The position numbers and the translations under genes were made by a program. 64,000 nt of DNA, taken from positions 153,365 to 217,364 of the forward strand of contig JBBCIC010000009.1 in the NCBI GenBank assembly GCA_037200865.1, given 5' to 3'. Below the pieces are notes generated by a model. That model was not told where the DNA came from. It was given only the letters and a program-made list of their open reading frames with translations, and made no database searches. Positions 18,530-28,219 of the stretch are shown piece by piece; position 1 is the first letter of the stretch, and the number at the start of each line of letters is the position of its first letter. This DNA comes from Rhizomicrobium sp. GTDB taxonomy: Bacteria > Pseudomonadota > Alphaproteobacteria > Micropepsales > Micropepsaceae.

Positions 18530-20956
18530 ATGAAGCTGAGAACGATTTTGCTCGCGACCGCCGCTTTCGCGACGTTCGCCAATGCCTCTGCGTCCTATGC
18601 CGAGAACATCGAGACCGTGGTCGTGACCGCGGAAAAACGCAGCGAAGACGTCCAGAACGTGCCGATCTCGCTGACGGTAATCGGCGCCGACCGCCTGGCC
18701 AACGCCAACGTCTCGTCCTTCGCCGACATCACGAAATTCGCCCCGTCGGTGACCATGACCGCAGGCGACCAGCCGGCGAACAACGCCATCGTCATCCGCG
18801 GCATCGGCACCTTCGCCTTCAGCATCGCGGTCGAGCCGAGCGTGCTCGCGGTGGTCGACGACGTCGCGGCGGGGTATCAGGCGCAGGCCTTCACCGATCT
18901 GGTCGACATCGACCGGGTGGAAGTGTTGAACGGGCCGCAAAGCACCTTGTACGGCAAGTCGGCCTCGGCCGGCCTGGTCGCGGTGACGACCAAGGCCCCG
19001 ACCGACACCTTCACCTATTTCGGCGACGTCCGGATCACCAATGACGGCGAGCAGCGCTTCAGCGCCAGCGTGTCCGGGCCGATTTCCGACACCGTGGCGT
19101 TCCGCCTCAGCGGCTCGGTGCGCGAATATGGCGGCAACGTCTTCAACCTCGCGACCCACACCAAGATCGACGACGACCATTCCGCTTCGGTTCGCGGCAA
19201 GATCCAGTGGAAGCCCAACGAGAATTTCGACGCGACGTTCACGGCGCATTTCAGCCAGGACAATTCCAAGTGCTGCGCCCAGCCGCTCACCCGGCTCGAT
19301 CCCGGCGCAGTGCTGTTCGGCCAGGCGGCGCTGACCCCGGCGGTCGCGATCCCAGGCATCACGCCCGGCCCAAACAACCGCACCGTGATCCTGGATACGG
19401 ACCCCGTCGCGAACGCGCAGGACTACGGCCTGTCCTCGCACATATCCTATGATTTCGGGGAACTGACCTTCTACTCGATCACCGCCCTCAACCGTTACGC
19501 CCTGCACGATCTGACGGACAACGACACGACGGCGGCCGATCCTCTGTTTTTCTACACGCCCTTCGTGAACGCGCAGCCGGCCGGCTCCAGTCCGCCGACC
19601 GTGGCGGCGCAGACCCATGGCGGTATCGACCAGGGCGGCCGCTTCAACGTGCGCACCCTTACCCAGGAATTCCGCCTGGTCTCAAACGGCGAGCACGACT
19701 TCAACTATCTCGTCGGCGTCTATTATTCGAACGAAGACCTCATCCGCGCCTTCGGCCGCGGCGGTGTCGCCGGCACGTCCTCGGCGCCCGCCGGCGGCCT
19801 CGGACAGGTCGTCACCAATGTGCCCGAATCCATGGGACCTCCCTTTCTCGGCAACGGCCGGGCGATCGCCAATTGGCGCGGCGAGACGCGCTATGAGAAC
19901 TACGCGCTGTTCGGGCAGGCGACCTGGAAGGTCTTCACCGACACCACGCTCATCGCCGGCTTGCGGTTCAACCGCGAGGACAGCACCTACACCTATGACG
20001 ACTACTACCGCGTCATCCATTTCCCGCTCATCACCGCGCCGAAGAACGACGTCAGCGACGTGATAACGGGCAAGGTCGGCCTGCAATACCAGGTGACGGA
20101 CGACATCATGGCCTTCGGCACGGTGTCCAAGGGCTACAAAGGCGTTGCCTACGACCTCGTCACCGGCCTCAGCGCGCTGGAAGCCTCGACCTTTCCGGTC
20201 GAGGCCGAGACCTCTTTCGACTACGAAGTCGGCGTCAGGAGCGCGTGGTTCGACCGGCGGCTGGTGCTGAACGCCACGCTCTACGACACCGAGTACAAGA
20301 ACTTCCAGATCCAGACGATCATCCCGGACATTCCCAACACCTTCATCCTCGCCAACATTCCCAAGGCGCGGACGCGGGGCCTGGAGCTCGAAGCCAACGC
20401 CCAGATCACCGACGACCTGTCGTTCAACGGCGGCTATGCCTACACCGACGCCGTCGCGGTCAATTATCCCCTGGGCCAGTGCTATGCCGGCCAGCAACTG
20501 CCCACCACCTGCACCACGACCTTCCTGCCGCCGCCCAACAACACGGCGCACGGCCAGGATCTCAGCGGGGCCAGGCTGCCCAACGCGCCGCTCAACAAAT
20601 TCTCCATCGGCGCGGACTATAAGATCGGCTTGGGCGACCTTCCGTTCTACGCCAAGGTGAATGCCAGCTTCGTCTGGCAGAGCACGATCAACTTCGGCAT
20701 CACCCACGATCCGGGCACGGTTCAGAAGGGCTATGGCCTGATGAACCTGAATGTCTCGCTGATCGAATCGGAGCACAGCCGCTACACGGTGGCCTTCTTC
20801 GTCAACAACCTGTTCGATCAGCACTACGCCTCGAACCGGAGCAACGTCCGCGGCAACTGGTTCGGCGGCTCCGCCCCGACCGAGGCCTATGCCCAGGAAA
20901 TCCCGCGCGACTACAACCGCTATGTCGGTTTCCGCCTCGCGGTTTCGAGCGAATGA
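18530..20956 (+). CDS. TonB-dependent receptor
   Basis: Signal peptide MKLRTILLAT.., IETVVVTAEKR, VEVLNGPQSTLYG and FFVNNLFD. Confidence 0.93.
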   Translation: MKLRTILLATAAFATFANASASYAENIETVVVTAEKRSEDVQNVPISLTVIGADRLANANVSSFADITKFAPSVTMTAGDQPANNAIVIRGIGTFAFSIAVEPSVLAVVDDVAAGYQAQAFTDLVDIDRVEVLNGPQSTLYGKSASAGLVAVTTKAPTDTFTYFGDVRITNDGEQRFSASVSGPISDTVAFRLSGSVREYGGNVFNLATHTKIDDDHSASVRGKIQWKPNENFDATFTAHFSQDNSKCCAQPLTRLDPGAVLFGQAALTPAVAIPGITPGPNNRTVILDTDPVANAQDYGLSSHISYDFGELTFYSITALNRYALHDLTDNDTTAADPLFFYTPFVNAQPAGSSPPTVAAQTHGGIDQGGRFNVRTLTQEFRLVSNGEHDFNYLVGVYYSNEDLIRAFGRGGVAGTSSAPAGGLGQVVTNVPESMGPPFLGNGRAIANWRGETRYENYALFGQATWKVFTDTTLIAGLRFNREDSTYTYDDYYRVIHFPLITAPKNDVSDVITGKVGLQYQVTDDIMAFGTVSKGYKGVAYDLVTGLSALEASTFPVEAETSFDYEVGVRSAWFDRRLVLNATLYDTEYKNFQIQTIIPDIPNTFILANIPKARTRGLELEANAQITDDLSFNGGYAYTDAVAVNYPLGQCYAGQQLPTTCTTTFLPPPNNTAHGQDLSGARLPNAPLNKFSIGADYKIGLGDLPFYAKVNASFVWQSTINFGITHDPGTVQKGYGLMNLNVSLIESEHSRYTVAFFVNNLFDQHYASNRSNVRGNWFGGSAPTEAYAQEIPRDYNRYVGFRLAVSSE

Positions 20957-21220
20957 GAAAAGGCGGCCCCGGAATGCGGCAACGCGTTCCGGGGAAGCGC
21001 CGTGCCGCCGCCGGGCGTCCGGCGGCGCCGCGCTTTAACGCAATTTTGTGACGGGCGTCCGCGACGCGGCGCCGCTGGCTGGGGCGGCTTGCGTCCGCCG
21101 TGGAATTTTCAAACACCGGCGCAAGGTTTCGCCCCGCACCGCGCCAACAGGCTGGCGCCGAACCGTTTGTCTTGCGTATCGTCCCCTGTCCACGGCCCGA
21201 TGAATATGTAGACTGTCGCC

Positions 21221-21988
21221 ATGCCCCCACCGTCCGCAAAGCAGCAAAAGCTCTATCAGCAGATCGCTGAGGCCATCGCCGGCTCGATCAAGAGCGGCAT
21301 ATACCGCCGCGGGCAGCGCCTTCCGTCGGAGCGGGACTTGGCCGAGGAGCTCAAGGTCAGCCGCCCCACGATCCGCGAAGCGATGATCGCCTTGGAAATT
21401 CGCGGCCTGGTGGAGGCCCATCATGGGTCGGGGGTCTATGTCACCAACCAGGCCGAAGGCATCGTCGCGGTCGAGGCGGGCGCAGCGCCCGAGCTCGACA
21501 TCGGCGCGTTCGAATTGACCGAGGCGCGCCGCCTGTTCGAGGGCGAAACGGCCGCCCTGGCGGCGTCGGTCATTGGGGAGCAGGAAATCAAGATTCTGGA
21601 GGACCTCGTCGCCCAGATGGAGGACCGAAATTCGACCGAGCTGGACGTCAACCGCGCCGACCGGCAATTCCACGTCGCGATCGCCGAGGCGACTAAGAAC
21701 AGCGCGATCGTGACGGTCGTGGAAAACCTATGGGACATGCGGCACAGCTCGCTTCTGTGCCGCGCGATGCTGGAGCGGGCCGCCGTCCGGCCGGTGGCGG
21801 AAGAGCATGGCGCCATATTGGACGCGCTCAAGACCCGCGATCCCAAGCTCGCCCGGCGCGCCATGCGGTCGCATCTCAACCACGTCATCGACGCGCTCTT
21901 CAAGGCGACGGAACTCGACTCGCTCGAACGCGCCAAATCCGACGTCGAAGCCAAACGCTCCGAATTCGCGCGGCGCTCGGCGTTTTGA
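21221..21988 (+). CDS. GntR/FadR family transcriptional regulator (FCD domain)
   Basis: LPSERDLAEELKVSRPTIREA winged HTH; DRQFHVAIA and EH..I FCD motifs. Confidence 0.93.
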   Translation: MPPPSAKQQKLYQQIAEAIAGSIKSGIYRRGQRLPSERDLAEELKVSRPTIREAMIALEIRGLVEAHHGSGVYVTNQAEGIVAVEAGAAPELDIGAFELTEARRLFEGETAALAASVIGEQEIKILEDLVAQMEDRNSTELDVNRADRQFHVAIAEATKNSAIVTVVENLWDMRHSSLLCRAMLERAAVRPVAEEHGAILDALKTRDPKLARRAMRSHLNHVIDALFKATELDSLERAKSDVEAKRSEFARRSAF

Positions 21989-21999
21989 TGGCCTGTCGC

Positions 22000-22070
22000 A
22001 ATTGGTAAGGACAATCTGAATCGCGGGTTGACGCAGCTGGCGCTTTGGGTTGAAGTGTCCTGACCAATTT
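22000..22070. promoter_or_regulatory. Two FadR-type boxes flanking a TTGACG -35 upstream of manD
   Basis: ATTGGTAAGGACAAT (22001-22015) and AAGTGTCCTGACCAATTT (22053-22070) resemble the 18439 operator. Confidence 0.6.
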
Positions 22071-22097
22071 TGGTTCGACTTCCAGCCGGCCTCGAGC

Positions 22098-23387
22098 ATG
22101 AAAAACGTCAAGCGAGACAGTCTTTTCCACGATGCGCCGTCGCCGCTCGACGCCCTGGAAGGCGCCGCGGACCGGCGCCTGCCGATCGCCCGGGCGAAGG
22201 TCATCGTCACCAGCCCGGGACGCAATTTCGTCACGCTCAAGATCGAAACCGCCGACGGTCTGTACGGCCTGGGCGACGCCACGCTGAACGGCCGTGAGCT
22301 CGCGGTCGTCAGCTATCTCGCCGATCACGTCGTGCCCTGCCTCATCGGCCGCGACGCCCACCGGATCGAGGACATCTGGCAGTACCTGTATCGCGGCGCC
22401 TATTGGCGGCGCGGGCCGGTGACGATGAGCGCGATCGCGGCCGTCGACATGGCGCTTTGGGACATCAAGGCCAAGGCGGCGGGTATGCCGCTTTACCAAT
22501 TGCTGGGCGGCGCCTGCCGCGACGCGGTGCGGGTCTACGGCCACGCCAACGGCGTGACGGCCGAAGAGACCGTGGAAGAGGCGCTGCGCTACAAGGAGAT
22601 GGGCTATTCCGCCATCCGGCTCCAGTCCGGCGTGCCGGGTCTCGCCTCGGCCTATGGCGTCTCGCACGACAAGATGTTCTACGAGCCGGCCGACGGCTCG
22701 CTGCCCAGCGAAAACACCTGGTCGACCGCCAGATATGTGAAGTCTGTCCCCAAGCTGTTCGATGCTGCGCGCGCCGCGCTCGGCTGGGACGTCGACCTGC
22801 TGCACGATTCACATCACCGCCTGACGCCGATCGAAGCCGGACGGCTGGGCAAGGATCTGGAGCCCTACCGCCTGTTCTGGCTGGAGGATCCGGTGCCGGC
22901 GGAGAACCAGGCGTCGTTCCGCCTGATCCGCCAGCACACCACCACGCCGCTCGCGGTCGGCGAGGTCTTCAACAGCATCTGGGATTGCAAGCAGCTCATC
23001 GAGGAGCAGCTCATCGACTATGTGCGGACCACCGTCGTGCACGCCGGCGGCATCACGCATCTGCGCCGCATCGCCGCGCTCGCCGATCTCTACAACGTCC
23101 GAACCGGCTGCCACGGCGCCACCGACCTGTCGCCGGTGTGCATGGCGGCGGCACTGCATTTCAATCTTTCGATCCCCAATTTCGGCCTCCAGGAATACAT
23201 GCGCCACAGCGAAGCGACCGACGAGGTGTTTCCCCACGCCTACAGCTTCGCCGACGGCGCCCTCCACCCCGGCGAAATGCCGGGCCTTGGCGTGGACATC
23301 GACGAGACGCTGGCCGCCAAATACCCCTATCGGCGGGCCTATCTTCCGATCAACCGGCTGGAAGACGGCACGATGACGAACTGGTAG
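22098..23387 (+). CDS. manD: D-mannonate dehydratase (enolase superfamily, ManD/RspA)
   Basis: [47 protein letters not shown] and RLEDGT motifs. Confidence 0.93.
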   Translation: MKNVKRDSLFHDAPSPLDALEGAADRRLPIARAKVIVTSPGRNFVTLKIETADGLYGLGDATLNGRELAVVSYLADHVVPCLIGRDAHRIEDIWQYLYRGAYWRRGPVTMSAIAAVDMALWDIKAKAAGMPLYQLLGGACRDAVRVYGHANGVTAEETVEEALRYKEMGYSAIRLQSGVPGLASAYGVSHDKMFYEPADGSLPSENTWSTARYVKSVPKLFDAARAALGWDVDLLHDSHHRLTPIEAGRLGKDLEPYRLFWLEDPVPAENQASFRLIRQHTTTPLAVGEVFNSIWDCKQLIEEQLIDYVRTTVVHAGGITHLRRIAALADLYNVRTGCHGATDLSPVCMAAALHFNLSIPNFGLQEYMRHSEATDEVFPHAYSFADGALHPGEMPGLGVDIDETLAAKYPYRRAYLPINRLEDGTMTNW

Positions 23388-23448
23388 CCGCGAAAACGAG
23401 GGAGCCGGCAAGAGCTCCCGTGCAGGGCAAGACGGCGAGGAAGCGGCC

Positions 23449-26076
23449 ATGAAATTCATCGAGTCCAGACGCGGGCGTGCGCTCGTTTTTTCCGTCGTCG
23501 CAGCGCTCGGCTTGCTGGCGCAGCCTGCTGCCGGCGAAGCGCGCACCACCGTCGATCTCCAGCACGGCTGGCGCTTCAAGCAGGCCGAGGGCCTCGCGGG
23601 CGTCGAGGCCGCGCGCTTCAACGATGCGACCTGGTCGAAGATTTCCCTCCCGCACACCTGGAACCGGATCGGCAATGCGGGCACCGAACGCTCGCCCGAA
23701 TCCAACAGCGTGCAGGGCACCGGCTGGTACCGCCTGCGGTTCAAGGCGCCGGCCTCGGCGCACGGCCGCCGCGCTTTTCTCCAGTTCGACGGCGTCGGCG
23801 CCGTAGCGGATGTCTGGCTCAACGGGCGCTATCTGGGAAAGCACGAAGGCGCCTTTGCCCGCTTCCGCTTCGACGTGACGGCTGCGATCCGGCCGTCCCA
23901 GACGAATCTCCTGGTGGTGAAGTCCGACAACAGCCGCCCGCAGCCGGGATCGACGACGGCGAACGTCCTGCCGCTGGCGGGGGATTTCTTCGTTTTCGGC
24001 GGCCTCTATCGCAACGTCTCGCTGGTCGTGACCGATCCCGTGCATGTCGACATGATGGATTTCGGCAGCCCCGGGGTTTACGCCCATGCGGCGAGCATCG
24101 ACGCAGACGCGGCGACGGTCGAGGTCGTCGAGCGGCTGGTGAATGACGGCGCGCCGCGCAAGGACGTCCGGGTCGAAACGACGATCGAGGACGCCGGCGG
24201 CAAGGTGGTCGCGTCCTCGGCCGCACCCGCCGACCTGACCAAGCGCGCCTTCACCGGCAAGGCGAGCCTGCGGGTCGCGCATCCGCATCTGTGGCAAGGC
24301 GTCGAAGACCCGTATCTCTACCGCGTCGTTCTCACGCTGCGCGCCGGCAACGGCGCCGTCCTGGACCGGGTGATGCAGCCGCTCGGCCTGCGGACGATGC
24401 GCTTCGATCCCGACACCGGCTTCTTCCTGAACGGCCGGCACGTGCTCCTGAAAGGCGCGGCGCGGCACCAGGACCGGCCGGTGAAAGGCTGGGCGATCTC
24501 GCACGCCGATCAGGACGAGGACTACGCCCTCCTGAGCGACATGGGCGCCAACGCCGTGCGGCTGCCGCACTATCAATACGACCAATATGCCGTCGACCTC
24601 GCGGACGCCAAAGGCTTCGTGGTCTGGCCCGAGATTCCGCTGGTGAGCGAGGCCTCGTTCGACGGCCTGCCGCCGGCCTCGGCGCTGACCGCCAATGCGC
24701 GCCTGCAGCTCACCGAGCTGATCCGGCAGAACTACAATCACCCGTCGATCGCGCTGTGGTCGATCGCCAACGAGGTCGATCTCAAGCCGATCAAGCGCAA
24801 CGGTCCCAGCAAGGTCGCCGGCCTGCTGCGCGAGCTCAACGACCTGGCGCACCGCGAGGACCCGACGCGGCCGACCACGCTCGCCGATTGCTGCGAGCAG
24901 TCGGGCTCGCCGGAGCGCGACGTCATCACCGGCCTCACCGACACGCTCGGCTACAACCGCTATTTCGGCTGGTATTACGGCAAGCCCGCCGATCTCGGCG
25001 CGCTGCTCGACCGCGCCCATCTGGCGCATCCGCACAGCCCCTTGGCGGTGTCGGAATACGGCGCCGGCGCCGCGCTGACCCAGCACACCGACGATCCCAC
25101 CGGCGGCCCGATCAATCCGCACGGCCGGCCGCACCCCGAAGAGATGCAGAACTGGTATCACGAGAAATCCTGGGACGAGCTCAAGGACCGCGCCTATGTC
25201 TGGGGCGTGTTCATCTGGAACATGTTCGATTTCTCCAGTGACGAGCGCCAGGAAGGCGACCTCACCGACATCAATGAGAAAGGGCTCGTCTCCTACGACC
25301 GGAAGATCCGCAAGGACGCGTTCTATTTCTATCGTGCGCTGTGGAATCCGCGGCCGACCCTGCATCTCGTCGGCCGCCGCTATGTCGACCGGCCCTATGG
25401 CGTGATCGACGTGAAGGCCTACAGCAATGCGAAAGCGGCGCATCTCTGGCTGAACGGCGCTGATATCGGCGTCGCGCCCTGCGCGGGCGGCATCTGCCTG
25501 TGGCCGGCGGTTCATCTCGTGCCGGGCGCCAACACGGTCCTCGCCAAAGCGGATGTCGGCGGCGAGACGCTCAGCGACACGCTGCAATGGACCTATGCCG
25601 GCACGCCGGCGGTGGTCCGGATCAAGGCCGGCGACGTCACCGGCTATGTCGCCAAGGACGGCAGCCGCTACGGCTCCGACCTCTATTTCGACGGTGGCGA
25701 GGGCAGGGGGATCAACCCGCCCGACACCGCCGCCAAGGACCGTATCGCCGCCACCGCGGCCGACCCGCCGCTCTACGACAGTTTCCGCGAGGGCGACTTC
25801 TCCTACCGCATACCGGTGCGGGGCGGCCGCTATCGCATCGTTGCCCGCTTCGTCGAGCCGTCGGCGGACGCCGCGGAGCAGCGCGCCTTCGATGTGATCG
25901 TCAACGGCAAGACGGTGCTGAGCGGCTTCGACGTCTTCGCCGCCGCCGGCGGCCGCCTTAAGGGCGTGGACCGGACCTTCGATGCCACGGCGGTCGACGG
26001 CCGGATCGAGTTGCGCTTCCGGCCGCTGCGGGGCAAGGCGATCGTATCGGCGCTCGCCGTGACCGGCGCGCCCTGA
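23449..26076 (+). CDS. GH2 glycoside hydrolase (beta-glucuronidase/galactosidase-like) with C-terminal malectin domain
   Basis: Signal peptide, FFVFGGLYR, WSIANE (acid/base), VSEYG (nucleophile), WNMFDF; malectin-like RAFDVIVNG...FDVFAAAGG. Confidence 0.92.
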   Translation: MKFIESRRGRALVFSVVAALGLLAQPAAGEARTTVDLQHGWRFKQAEGLAGVEAARFNDATWSKISLPHTWNRIGNAGTERSPESNSVQGTGWYRLRFKAPASAHGRRAFLQFDGVGAVADVWLNGRYLGKHEGAFARFRFDVTAAIRPSQTNLLVVKSDNSRPQPGSTTANVLPLAGDFFVFGGLYRNVSLVVTDPVHVDMMDFGSPGVYAHAASIDADAATVEVVERLVNDGAPRKDVRVETTIEDAGGKVVASSAAPADLTKRAFTGKASLRVAHPHLWQGVEDPYLYRVVLTLRAGNGAVLDRVMQPLGLRTMRFDPDTGFFLNGRHVLLKGAARHQDRPVKGWAISHADQDEDYALLSDMGANAVRLPHYQYDQYAVDLADAKGFVVWPEIPLVSEASFDGLPPASALTANARLQLTELIRQNYNHPSIALWSIANEVDLKPIKRNGPSKVAGLLRELNDLAHREDPTRPTTLADCCEQSGSPERDVITGLTDTLGYNRYFGWYYGKPADLGALLDRAHLAHPHSPLAVSEYGAGAALTQHTDDPTGGPINPHGRPHPEEMQNWYHEKSWDELKDRAYVWGVFIWNMFDFSSDERQEGDLTDINEKGLVSYDRKIRKDAFYFYRALWNPRPTLHLVGRRYVDRPYGVIDVKAYSNAKAAHLWLNGADIGVAPCAGGICLWPAVHLVPGANTVLAKADVGGETLSDTLQWTYAGTPAVVRIKAGDVTGYVAKDGSRYGSDLYFDGGEGRGINPPDTAAKDRIAATAADPPLYDSFREGDFSYRIPVRGGRYRIVARFVEPSADAAEQRAFDVIVNGKTVLSGFDVFAAAGGRLKGVDRTFDATAVDGRIELRFRPLRGKAIVSALAVTGAP

Positions 26077-27386
26077 TGGCGGCGCCCGCGTATCCGGCGC
26101 GTGCCGGATCGGTGCGCTGGCTGGTCTGCGCGCTGCTCTTCGCCGCGATCGCGCTCAGCTATATCGACCGCCAGGTCCTCAGCGTCCTGAAGCCGACGCT
26201 CCAGGCCAGCTATTCCTGGAGCGAGACCGGCTATGGCGACATCGTCTTCTGGTTCCAGGCCGCCTATGGCATCGGCTACATCGCCTTCGGGCGGATCGTC
26301 GACCGCTTCGGTGCCCGCGCCGGCTACACGCTGGCGGTCAGCCTGTGGACCTTCGGACACGTCGCCTGCATCTTCTTCACCTCGACGGCGGGCTTCGCCC
26401 TGGCGCGCATTCCCCTGGCGCTGGGCGAGTCGGGCGCCTTTCCCTCCGCGCTCGCCGCGGTCGCCGAATGGTTTCCCCGGCGCGAGCGCACCCTGGCGAT
26501 CGGTCTGTTCAACGCCGGCTCCAATGTCGGCGCGATCCTGGCGCCGCTGATCGTGCCGGCGATCACGCTGGCCTTCGGCTGGCGCATGGCGTTCATCGTC
26601 ACCGGGCTGCTCACGCTCGTCTGGCTCGTGGCGTGGCTCCTGTTCTACCGCCGCCCGCGCCAGCACCCGCGGGTGTCGCCGCAGGAGCTGGCCTATATCG
26701 AATCCGATCCGGCCGAGGCTGAGGTTCCGGTGCCGTGGACGCGCCTGCTGCGGACGCGCGAGACCTGGGCCTATGTCGCCGGCCGCTTCCTCATCGATCC
26801 CGTGTGGTGGACGTTCCTGTTCTGGCTGCCGGATTTCTTTGGCAAGCGCTACGGCATCGACCTGAAGGGCTACGGCCCGCCGCTGGTGTCGATCTACATC
26901 TTGGCCGATATCGGCTCGGTGGTCGGCGGCTGGAGCTCGTCGGCCCTGTTGGGGCGCGGCTTCGGCCTCAACGCCGCGCGCAAGACCGCGATGCTGCTCT
27001 GCGCCCTCGCCGTGGTCCCGGTGGCCTTCGCCGTCGCTGCCCCCGGCGTGTGGATCGCCGTCGGACTGATCGGCCTCGCCTGTGCCGGCCATCAGGGCTT
27101 CTCCGCCAATCTCTACGCGCTGCCGTCCGATCTTTTCCCGCGCTGGGCCGCCGGTTCGGTGGTGGGCCTCGGCGGCGCCGCGGGCGCGCTCGGCGGCATG
27201 CTGATGGCCAAATATGCCGGTTGGGTGCTGCAAACCGTCGGCAGCTACGCGCCGATCTTCGTCGTGGCGGCCGGCGCCTATCTTGTCGCGCTGGCGGCCA
27301 TACACATCCTGACGCCGCGCTACGCGCCCGCCCGCATCGCGCCGGACTCGACCGGCACGACATCGACGCCCACTTCGACCAGGTGA
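26076..27386 (+). CDS. MFS hexuronate transporter (ExuT-like, ACS family)
   Basis: SYIDRQ, AEWFP.RER, FNAGSNVGA and WLPDFF motifs; uronate gene context. Confidence 0.88.
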   Translation: MAAPAYPARAGSVRWLVCALLFAAIALSYIDRQVLSVLKPTLQASYSWSETGYGDIVFWFQAAYGIGYIAFGRIVDRFGARAGYTLAVSLWTFGHVACIFFTSTAGFALARIPLALGESGAFPSALAAVAEWFPRRERTLAIGLFNAGSNVGAILAPLIVPAITLAFGWRMAFIVTGLLTLVWLVAWLLFYRRPRQHPRVSPQELAYIESDPAEAEVPVPWTRLLRTRETWAYVAGRFLIDPVWWTFLFWLPDFFGKRYGIDLKGYGPPLVSIYILADIGSVVGGWSSSALLGRGFGLNAARKTAMLLCALAVVPVAFAVAAPGVWIAVGLIGLACAGHQGFSANLYALPSDLFPRWAAGSVVGLGGAAGALGGMLMAKYAGWVLQTVGSYAPIFVVAAGAYLVALAAIHILTPRYAPARIAPDSTGTTSTPTSTR

Positions 27387-28219
27387 TCGCCGCCGCCGGT
27401 GACGATGCCGTTGATCGGCGCGACGTCGCTGTAGTCGCGGCCCCACGCGACCGTGACATGGCCTTCGCCCGAGCGCATGTCGTTGGTGGGGTCGAGATCG
27501 ACCCAGCCGAAGGGCGGCGCCCACACCGAGAACCAGGCGTGGCTGGCGTCGGCGCCGAGCAGCCGCTTCTGGCCCGGCGGCGGCCGGGTCAGCAGATAGC
27601 CGCTGACATAACGCCCCGCGAGCCCCAGCGAGCGCAGGCAGGCGATCCCGACATGCGCCAGGTCCTGGCAGACGCCGGAGCGGATCTGGAAGACACGGTC
27701 GACCGGCGTCGTCGCGTCGGTCACCGTTGTGTCGTACTGGAAATCCTTGTGGATGCGGTGCATGAGGTCGAGCGCGCCGGCCAGCACCGGGCGCGCGCGC
27801 GGAAAGCTGACCGCGGCATAGACCGCGATGTTCGAGCGCGCCGCGGTCAGCGGCGAGTCGAAGACGAACTGCGTCGCCTCGCGCGTCGCGTTGTCCTGGG
27901 TGTGGCCCAGCTGCGTCCGCACCTGCTCCCAGGGGAGGCTGTCCGCGGGCTTGAGCGGCGCGGCCGCCTGCACGCTGACCCGGCTGTCCGACACGATTTC
28001 CAGCACGGTGTGCGGCGAATCGATCGCGAACCATTCGGCCTTGTTGCCGAAATAGTCCTCGATCCCGTAGCGCCGTGCCGGCGCCTGCGAGATCTTCAGC
28101 TTGCTGGCGGCGACGCGCTGCGCTGCCGTCTCGCGCGGCGTCAGATGCGCGAGGTGGCAGGAATAGGAGACGCTCTGCAAATAGCGGTAGGTCGTGCGGT
28201 GGCGGACCTCGTATTCCAT
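27320..28219 (-). CDS. Transglutaminase family protein
   Basis: YEVRHRTTYRY N-terminal domain; catalytic GVCQD, SHAW and DPTN; GRDYSDV. Confidence 0.92.
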   Translation of the reverse strand: MEYEVRHRTTYRYLQSVSYSCHLAHLTPRETAAQRVAASKLKISQAPARRYGIEDYFGNKAEWFAIDSPHTVLEIVSDSRVSVQAAAPLKPADSLPWEQVRTQLGHTQDNATREATQFVFDSPLTAARSNIAVYAAVSFPRARPVLAGALDLMHRIHKDFQYDTTVTDATTPVDRVFQIRSGVCQDLAHVGIACLRSLGLAGRYVSGYLLTRPPPGQKRLLGADASHAWFSVWAPPFGWVDLDPTNDMRSGEGHVTVAWGRDYSDVAPINGIVTGGGDHLVEVGVDVVPVESGAMRAGA

